From: Paragordius varius
Taxonomy: Eukaryota > Animalia > Nematomorpha
Length of the DNA stretch: 64,000 nucleotides
Direction: 5' to 3'
Assembly: GCA_964247055.1 (NCBI GenBank)
Contig: OZ176053.1
Coordinates: forward strand, 13,268,001-13,332,000
Below, one piece after another: positions 54,450 through 64,000 of this stretch (position 1 is the stretch's first letter; each line of letters begins with the position of its first letter). The position numbers were made by a program, and so were the translations under genes. The notes beneath the pieces are model-generated. The model was not told the origin of the DNA. It saw nothing but the letters and a program-made list of their open reading frames with translations, and did not search any database.

Positions 54450-57400
54450 CGGTGAACAAAATTATTTTTTATACATTCTCTTAGTAAGACTACATCAAAA
54501 TATAGAGAATGTTTGACAAACTCTTTCATATCCGATTTTTACAACGATACTTTATAAATTAATGTATAAAACTAGTCGTATCAATAAATCGCATCAATAC
54601 TCAAGTTAAACTTTGTCCTTAAAAATCGGATATTGGTCACCGGTAAACAAAATTATTTTTTATACATTCTCTTAGTAGGACTACATCAAAATATAGAGAT
54701 AGTTTGGCAAACTCTTTCATATCCGATTTTTACAACGATACTTTATAATGTATAAAACTAGTCGCATCAATACTAAAGTTAAACTTTGTCCTTAAAAATC
54801 GGATATTGGTCACCGGTGAACAAAATAATTTTTTATACATTCTCTTAGTAAGACTACATCAAAATATAGAAATAGTTTGACAAACACTTTCATATCCGAT
54901 TTTTACAACGATACTTTAAAAATTAATGTATTTAACTAGTCGCATCAATACTCATGTTAAACTTTGTCCTTAAAAATCGGATATTGGTCACGGGTGAACA
55001 AAATTATTTTTTATACATTCTCTTAGTAAGACTACATCAAATTATAGAGATAGTTTGACAAACTCTTTCATATCCGATTTTTACAATTAAACCAGTCGCA
55101 TCAATACTCAAGTTAAACTTTGTCCTTAAAAATCGGATATTGGTCACCGGTGAACAAAATTATTTTTTATACATTCTCTTAGTAAGACTACATCAAAATA
55201 TAGAGATTGTTTGACAAACTCTTTCATATCCGATTTTTACAACGATACTTTAAAAATTAATGTATAAAACTAGTCGTATCAATAAATCGCATCAATACTC
55301 AAGTTAAACTTTGTCCTTAAAAATCGGATATTGGTCACCGGTGAACAAAATTATTTTTTATACATTCTCTTAGTAGGACTACATCAAAATTAAGAGATAG
55401 TTTGGCAAACTCTTTCATATCCGATTTTTACAACGATACTTTATAAATTAATGTATAAAACTAGTCGCATCAATACTAAAGTTAAACTTTGTCATTAAAA
55501 ATCGGATATTGGTCACCGGTGAACAAAATAATTTTTTATACATTCTCTTAGTAAGACTACATCAAAATATAGAAATAGTTTGACAAACACTTTCATATCC
55601 GATTTTTACAACGATACTTTAAAAATTAATGTATTAAACTAGTCGCATCAATACTCATGTTAAACTTTGTCCTTAAAAATCGGATATTGGTCATGGGTGA
55701 ACAAAATTATTTTTTATACATTCTCTTAGTAAGACTACATCAAATTATAGAGATAGTTTGACAAACTCTTTCATATCCGATTTTTACAATTAAACCAGTC
55801 GCATCAATACTCAAGTTAAACTTTGTCCTTAAAAATCGGATATTGGTCACCGGTGAACAAAATTATTTTTTATACATTCTCTTAGTAGGACTACATATAA
55901 ATATAGAGATAGTTTGACAAACTCTTTCATATCCGATTTTTACAACGATACTTTAAAAATTAATGTATTAAACTAGTCGCATCAATACTCATGTTAAACT
56001 TTGTCCTTAAAAATCGGATATTGGTCACCGGTGAACAAAATTATTTTTTATACATTCTCTTAGTAGGACTACATATAAATATAGAGATAGTTTGACAAAC
56101 TCTTTCATATCCGATTTTTACAACGATACTTTAAAAATTAATGTATTAAACTAGTCGCATCAATACTCATGTTAAACTTTGTCCTTAAAAATCGGATATT
56201 GGTCACGGGTGAACAAAATTATTTTTTATACATTCTCTTAGTAAGACTACATCAAATTATAGAGATAGTTTGACAAACTCTTTCATATCCGATTTTTACA
56301 ATTAAACCAGTCGCATCAATACTCAAGTTAAACTTTGTCCTTAAAAATCGGATATTGGTCACCGGTGAACAAAATTATTTTTTATACATTCTCTCAGTAA
56401 GACTACATCAAAATATAGAGATAGTTTGACAAACTCTTTCATATCCGATTTTTACAACGATACTTTAAAAATTAATGTATTAAACTAGTCGCATCAATAC
56501 TCAAGTTAAACTTTGTCCTTAAAAATCGGATATTGGTCACCGGTGAACAAAATTATTTTTTATACATTCTCTTAGTAAGACTACATCAAAATATAGAGAA
56601 TGTTTGACAAACTCTTTCATATCCGATTTTTACAACGATACTTTATAAATTAATGTATAAAACTAGTCGTATCAATAAATCGCATCAATACTCAAGTTAA
56701 ACTTTGTCCTTAAAAATCGGATATTGGTCACCGGTAAACAAAATTATTTTTTATACATTCTCTTAGTAGGACTACATCAAAATATAGAGATAGTTTGGCA
56801 AACTCTTTCATATCCGATTTTTACAACGATACTTTATAATGTATAAAACTAGTCGCATCAATACTAAAGTTAAACTTTGTCCTTAAAAATCGGATATTGG
56901 TCACCGGTGAACAAAATAATTTTTTATACATTCTCTTAGTAAGACTACATCAAAATATAGAAATAGTTTGACAAACACTTTCATATCCGATTTTTACAAC
57001 GATACTTTAAAAATTAATGTATTTAACTAGTCGCATCAATACTCATGTTAAACTTTGTCCTTAAAAATCGGATATTGGTCACGGGTGAACAAAATTATTT
57101 TTTATACATTCTCTTAGTAAGACTACATCAAATTATAGAGATAGTTTGACAAACTCTTTCATATCCGATTTTTACAATTAAACCAGTCGCATCAATACTC
57201 AAGTTAAACTTTGTCCTTAAAAATCGGATATTGGTCACCGGTGAACAAAATTATTTTTTATACATTCTCTTAGTAAGACTACATCAAAATATAGAGATTG
57301 TTTGACAAACTCTTTCATATCCGATTTTTACAACGATACTTTAAAAATTAATGTATAAAACTAGTCGTATCAATAAATCGCATCAATACTCAAGTTAAAC

Positions 57401-58630
57401 TTTGTCCTTAAAAATCGGATATTGGTCACCGGTGAACAAAATTATTTTTTATACATTCTCTTAGTAGGACTACATCAAAATTAAGAGATAGTTTGGCAAA
57501 CTCTTTCATATCCGATTTTTACAACGATACTTTATAAATTAATGTATAAAACTAGTCGCATCAATACTAAAGTTAAACTTTGTCATTAAAAATCGGATAT
57601 TGGTCACCGGTGAACAAAATAATTTTTTATACATTCTCTTAGTAAGACTACATCAAAATATAGAAATAGTTTGACAAACACTTTCATATCCGATTTTTAC
57701 AACGATACTTTAAAAATTAATGTATTAAACTAGTCGCATCAATACTCATGTTAAACTTTGTCCTTAAAAATCGGATATTGGTCATGGGTGAACAAAATTA
57801 TTTTTTATACATTCTCTTAGTAAGACTACATCAAATTATAGAGATAGTTTGACAAACTCTTTCATATCCGATTTTTACAATTAAACCAGTCGCATCAATA
57901 CTCAAGTTAAACTTTGTCCTTAAAAATCGGATATTGGTCACCGGTGAACAAAATTATTTTTTATACATTCTCTTAGTAGGACTACATATAAATATAGAGA
58001 TAGTTTGACAAACTCTTTCATATCCGATTTTTACAACGATACTTTAAAAATTAATGTATTAAACTAGTCGCATCAATACTCATGTTAAACTTTGTCCTTA
58101 AAAATCGGATATTGGTCACCGGTGAACAAAATTATTTTTTATACATTCTCTTAGTAGGACTACATATAAATATAGAGATAGTTTGACAAACTCTTTCATA
58201 TCCGATTTTTACAACGATACTTTAAAAATTAATGTATTAAACTAGTCGCATCAATACTCATGTTAAACTTTGTCCTTAAAAATCGGATATTGGTCACGGG
58301 TGAACAAAATTATTTTTTATACATTCTCTTAGTAAGACTACATCAAATTATAGAGATAGTTTGACAAACTCTTTCATATCCGATTTTTACAATTAAACCA
58401 GTCGCATCAATACTCAAGTTAAACTTTGTCCTTAAAAATCGGATATTGGTCACCGGTGAACAAAATTATTTTTTATACATTCTCTCAGTAAGACTACATC
58501 AAAATATAGAGATAGTTTGACAAACTCTTTCATATCCGATTTTTACAACGATACTTTAAAAATAATGTGTTAAACTAGTCGCATCAATACTCAAGTTAAA
58601 CTTTGTCCTTAAAAATCGGATATTGGTCAC
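54450..58630 (-). repeat. 12-monomer, 2091 bp tandem duplication
   Basis: GAGAATGTTT 54505/56596, CGGTAAACAA 54641/56732 and GTCATTAAAA 55491/57582. Confidence 0.9.
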
Positions 58631-60022
58631 CGGTGAACAAAATTATTTTTTATACATTCTCTTAGTAAGACTACATCAAAATATAGAGATAGTTTGACAA
58701 ACTCTTTCATATCCGATTTTTACAACGATACTTTAAAAATTAATGTATAAAACTAGTCGTATCAATAAATCGCATCAATACTCAAGTTAAACTTTGTCCT
58801 TAAAAATCGGATATTGGTCACCGGTGAACAAAATTATTTTTTATACATTCTCTTAGTAGGACTACATCAAAATTAAGAGATAGTTTGGCAAACTCTTTCA
58901 TATCCGATTTTTACAACGATACTTTATAAATTAATGTATAAAACTAGTCGCATCAATACTAAAGTTAAACTTTGTCATTAAAAATCGGATATTGGTCACC
59001 GGTGAACAAAATAATTTTTTATACATTCTCTTAGTAAGACTACATCAAAATATAGAAATAGTTTGACAAACACTTTCATATCCGATTTTTACAACGATAC
59101 TTTAAAAATTAATGTATTAAACTAGTCGCATCAATACTCATGTTAAACTTTGTCCTTAAAAATCGGATATTGGTCACGGGTGAACAAAATTATTTTTTAT
59201 ACATTCTCTTAGTAAGACTACATCAAATTATAGAGATAGTTTGACAAACTCTTTCATATCCGATTTTTACAATTAAACCAGTCGCATCAATACTCAAGTT
59301 AAACTTTGTCCTTAAAAATCGGATATTGGTCACCGGTGAACAAAATTATTTTTTATACATTCTCTTAGTAGGACTACATATAAATATAGAGATAGTTTGA
59401 CAAACTCTTTCATATCCGATTTTTACAACGATACTTTAAAAATTAATGTATTAAACTAGTCGCATCAATACTCATGTTAAACTTTGTCCTTAAAAATCGG
59501 ATATTGGTCACCGGTGAACAAAATTATTTTTTATACATTCTCTTAGTAGGACTACATATAAATATAGAGATAGTTTGACAAACTCTTTCATATCCGATTT
59601 TTACAACGATACTTTAAAAATTAATGTATTAAACTAGTCGCATCAATACTCATGTTAAACTTTGTCCTTAAAAATCGGATATTGGTCACGGGTGAACAAA
59701 ATTATTTTTTATACATTCTCTTAGTAAGACTACATCAAATTATAGAGATAGTTTGACAAACTCTTTCATATCCGATTTTTACAATTAAACCAGTCGCATC
59801 AATACTCAAGTTAAACTTTGTCCTTAAAAATCGGATATTGGTCACCGGTGAACAAAATTATTTTTTATACATTCTCTCAGTAAGACTACATCAAAATATA
59901 GAGATAGTTTGACAAACTCTTTCATATCCGATTTTTACAACGATACTTTAAAAATAATGTGTTAAACTAGTCGCATCAATACTCAAGTTAAACTTTGTCC
60001 TTAAAAATCGGATATTGGTCAC
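57239..60022 (-). repeat. 8-monomer, 1392 bp tandem duplication overlapping the 2091 bp duplication
   Basis: Monomer ends at 57238, 58630 and 60022. GTCATT at 57582/58974. Confidence 0.85.
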
Positions 60023-63000
60023 CGGTGAACAAAATTATTTTTTATACATTCTCTTAGTAAGACTACATCAAAATATAGAGATAGTTTGACAAACTCTTTC
60101 ATATCCGATTTTTACAACGATACTTTAAAAATTAATGTATAAAACTAGTCGTATCAATAAATCGCATCAATACTCAAGTTAAACTTTGTCCTTAAAAATC
60201 GGATATAGTCACCGGTGAACAAAATTATTTTTTATACATTCTCTTAGTAGGACTACATCAAAATATAGAGATAGTTTGGCAAACTCTTTCATATCCGATT
60301 TTTACAACGATACTTTAAAAATTAATGTATAAAACTAGTCGCATCAATACTAAAGTTAAACTTTGTCCTTAAAAATCGGATATTGGTCACCGGTGAACAA
60401 AATAATTTTTGATACATTCTCTTAGTAAGACTACATCAAAATATAGAGATAGTTTGACAAACTCTTTCATATCCGATTTTTACAACGATACTTTAAAAAT
60501 TATGGTATTAAACCAGTCGCATCAATACTCAAGTTAAACTTTGTCCTTAAAAATCGAATATTGGTCACCGGTGAACAAAATAATTTTTTTACATTCTCTT
60601 AGTAAGACTACATCAAAATATAGAGATAGTTTGACAAACTCTTTCATATCCGATTTTTACAACGATACTTTAAAAATTAATGTATTAAACTAGTCGCATC
60701 AATACTCAAGTTAAACTTTGTCCTTAAAAATCGGATATTGGTCACCGGTGAACAAAATAATTTTTTATACATTTTCTTAGCAAGACTACATCAAATAATA
60801 GAGATAGTTTGACAAACTCTTTCATATCCGATTTTTACAACGTATCTTTATAAATTAATGTATAAAACTAGTCGTATCAATAAGTCGCATCAATACTCAA
60901 GTTAAACTTTGTCCTTAAAAATCGGATATTGGTCACCAGTGAACAAAATAATTTTTTATACATTCTCTTAGTAAGACTACATCAAAATATAGAGATAGTT
61001 TGACAAACTCTTTCATATCCGATTTTTACAACGATACTTTAAAAATTATGGTATTAAACCAGTCGCATCAATACTCAAGTTAAACTTTGTCCTTAAAAAT
61101 CGGGTATTGGTCACCGGTGAACAAAATTTTTTTATACATTCTCTTAGTAGGACTACATATAAATATAGAGATAGTTTGGCAAACTCTTTCATATCCGATT
61201 TTTACAACAATACTTTAAAAATTGTTGTATAAAACTAGTCGCATGATTACTCAAGTTAAACTTTGTCCTTAAAAATCGGATATTGGTCACCGGTGAACAA
61301 AATAATTTTTTATACATTCTCTTAGTAAGACTACATCAAAATATAGAGATAGTTTTGCAAACTCTTTCATATCCGATTTTTACAACGATACTTTAAAAAT
61401 TAATGTATAAAACTAGTCGCATCAATACTCAAGTTAAACTTTGTCCTTAAAAATCGGATATTGGTCACAGGTGAACAAAATTTTTTTATACATTCTCTTA
61501 GTAGGACTACATATAAATATAGAGATAGTTTGGCAAACTCTTTCATATCCGATTTTTACAACGATACTTTATAAATTAATGTATAAAACTAGTCGTATCA
61601 ATAAGTCGCATCAATACTCAAGTTAAACTTTGTCCTTAAAAATCGGATATTGGTCACCGGTGAACAAAATAATTTTTTATATATTCTCTTAGTAAGACTA
61701 CATCAAAATATGAGATAGTTTGACAAACTCTTTCATATCCGATTTTTACAACGATACTTAAAAAATTATGGTATTAAACCAGTCGCATCAATACTCAAGT
61801 TAAACTTTGTCCTTAAAAATCGGATATTGGTCACCGGTGAACAAAATTTTTTTTATGCATTCTCTTAGTAGGACTACATATAAATATAGAGATAGTTTGA
61901 CAAACTCTTTCATATCCGATTTTTACAATTAAACCAGTCGCATCAATACTCAAGTTAAACTTTGTCCTTAAAAATCGGATATTGGTCACCGGTGAACAAA
62001 ATTATTTTTTATACATTCTCTTAGTAGGACTACATATAAATATAGAGATAGTTTGACAAACTCTTTCATATCCGATTTTTACAACGATACTTTAAAAATT
62101 AATGTATTAAACTAGTCGCATCAATACTCAAGTTAAACTTTGTCCTTAAAAATCGGATATTGGTCACCGGTGAACATAATTATTTTTTATACATTCTCTT
62201 AGTAAGACTACATCAAAATATAGAGATTGTTTGACAAACTCTTTCATATCCGATTTTTACAACGATACTTTATAAATTAATGTATAAAACTAGTCGTATC
62301 AATAAATCGCATCAATACTCAAGTTAAACTTTGTCCTTAAAAATCGGATATTGGTCACCGGTGAACAAAATTATTTTTTATACATTCTCTTAGTAGGACT
62401 ACATCAAAATTAAGAGATAGTTTGGCAAACTCTTTCATATCCGATTTTTACAACGATACTTTAAAAATTAATGTATAAAACTAGTCGCATCAATACTAAA
62501 GTTAAACTTTGTCATTAAAAATCGGATATTGGTCACCGGTGAACAAAATAATTTTTTATACATTCTCTTAGTAAGACTACATCAAAATATAGAAATAGTT
62601 TGACAAACACTTTCATATCCGATTTTTACAACGATACTTTAAAAATTAATGTATTAAACTAGTCGCATCAATACTCATGTTAAACTTTGTCCTTAAAAAT
62701 CGGATATTGGTCACGGGTGAACAAAATTATTTTTTATACATTCTCTTAGTAAGACTACATCAAATTATAGAGATAGTTTGACAAACTCTTTCATATCCGA
62801 TTTTTACAATTAAACCAGTCGCATCAATACTCAAGTTAAACTTTGTCCTTAAAAATCGGATATTGGTCACCGGTGAACAAAATTATTTTTTATACATTCT
62901 CTTAGTAGGACTACATATAAATATAGAGATAGTTTGACAAACTCTTTCATATCCGATTTTTACAACGATACTTTAAAAATTAATGTATAAAACTAGTCGC

Positions 63001-64000
63001 ATCAATACTCAAGTTAAACTTTGTCCTTAAAAATCGGATATTGGTCACCGGTGAACAAAATTATTTTTTATACATTCTCTTAGTAAGACTACATCAAAAT
63101 ATAGAGAATGTTTGACAAACTCTTTCATATCCGATTTTTACAACGATACTTTATAAATTAATGTATAAAACTAGTCGTATCAATAAATCGCATCAATACT
63201 CAAGTTAAACTTTGTCCTTAAAAATCGGATATTGGTCACCGGTAAACAAAATTATTTTTTATACATTCTCTTAGTAGGACTACATCAAAATATAGAGATA
63301 GTTTGGCAAACTCTTTCATATCCGATTTTTACAACGATACTTTATAATGTATAAAACTAGTCGCATCAATACTAAAGTTAAACTTTGTCCTTAAAAATCG
63401 GATATTGGTCACCGGTGAACAAAATAATTTTTTATACATTCTCTTAGTAAGACTACATCAAAATATAGAAATAGTTTGACAAACACTTTCATATCCGATT
63501 TTTACAACGATACTTTAAAAATTAATGTATTTAACTAGTCGCATCAATACTCATGTTAAACTTTGTCCTTAAAAATCGGATATTGGTCACGGGTGAACAA
63601 AATTATTTTTTATACATTCTCTTAGTAAGACTACATCAAATTATAGAGATAGTTTGACAAACTCTTTCATATCCGATTTTTACAATTAAACCAGTCGCAT
63701 CAATACTCAAGTTAAACTTTGTCCTTAAAAATCGGATATTGGTCACCGGTGAACAAAATTATTTTTTATACATTCTCTTAGTAAGACTACATCAAAATAT
63801 AGAGATTGTTTGACAAACTCTTTCATATCCGATTTTTACAACGATACTTTAAAAATTAATGTATAAAACTAGTCGTATCAATAAATCGCATCAATACTCA
63901 AGTTAAACTTTGTCCTTAAAAATCGGATATTGGTCACCGGTGAACAAAATTATTTTTTATACATTCTCTTAGTAGGACTACATCAAAATTAAGAGATAGT

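Larger units (their letters stand above)
52320..62170 (-). repeat. Long-range block duplication (about 52320-54450 and 59860-62170), offset 7542 then 7718 bp
   Basis: GGATATAGTC 52659/60201 and ATCGAATA 53011/60553 are offset by 7542. TATGAG 53991/61709 is offset by 7718, after one extra monomer near 61115-61290. Confidence 0.85.
24503..64000 (-). repeat. Same satellite in reverse-complement orientation (about 220 monomers, estimated from length); 178, 191 and 156 bp forms
   Basis: From 24503 the sequence reads ACTCTTTCATATC...AAACTAGTCGCATCAATACTCAAGTTAAACTTTGTCCTTAAAAATCGGATATTGGTCAC, the reverse complement of the monomer. Monomer ends (GGTCAC or a variant) fall at 24610, 24788, 24966, 25144 etc. 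and continue to the window end. Confidence 0.99.

Noticed and set aside
61441-61626. Second 61 aa ORF, nearly identical to the first
   Set aside because: It is the copy produced by the 7718 bp offset duplication, so its recurrence is not evidence of coding constraint.
1-64000. CRISPR array or other prokaryotic repeat-spacer system
   Set aside because: The whole unit is repeated, there are no unique spacers, and there are no cas or other genes. The palindromes are internal to the monomer.
24503-64000. Right arm as a sequencing fold-back or chimeric copy of the left arm
   Set aside because: The arms are not mirror copies. Monomer order, higher-order periods and many variants (156 bp form, GAGTAC, CCTTGAAA) differ, starting from the first monomer. 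A misjoin of two real arrays still needs read-level exclusion.

Overview
The whole 64 kb window is one AT-rich (about 27.5% GC in the short monomer) tandem satellite DNA array of roughly 350 monomers, typical of eukaryotic heterochromatin or a (peri)centromere. I find no credible genes, RNA genes, intact mobile elements or CRISPR arrays. The basic monomer is 178 bp (GTGACCAATATCCGATTTTTAAGGACAAAGTTTAACTTGAGTATTGATGCGACTAGTTTAATACATTAATTTTTAAAGTATCGTTGTAAAAATCGGATATGAAAGAGTTTGTCAAACTATCTCTATATTTTGATGTAGTCTTACTAAGAGAATGTATAAAAAATAATTTTGTTCACCG). A 191 bp form carries a 13 bp internal duplication, and there are 156 bp and 147 bp deletion forms. The array switches orientation abruptly at 24502/24503, giving two converging arms (24.5 kb on +, at least 39.5 kb on -). 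Each monomer contains a perfect 14 bp inverted repeat plus several short dyads. The monomers form regional subfamilies and nested higher-order repeats or segmental duplications (356 bp to about 7.7 kb). I do not recognise the satellite family or the organism. All counts and offsets were made by hand and should be confirmed computationally. The most interesting signals are the inversion junction, the mirror variants in the two inverted-repeat arms, and rare variants shared across the inversion. I did not find a novel protein-coding system.
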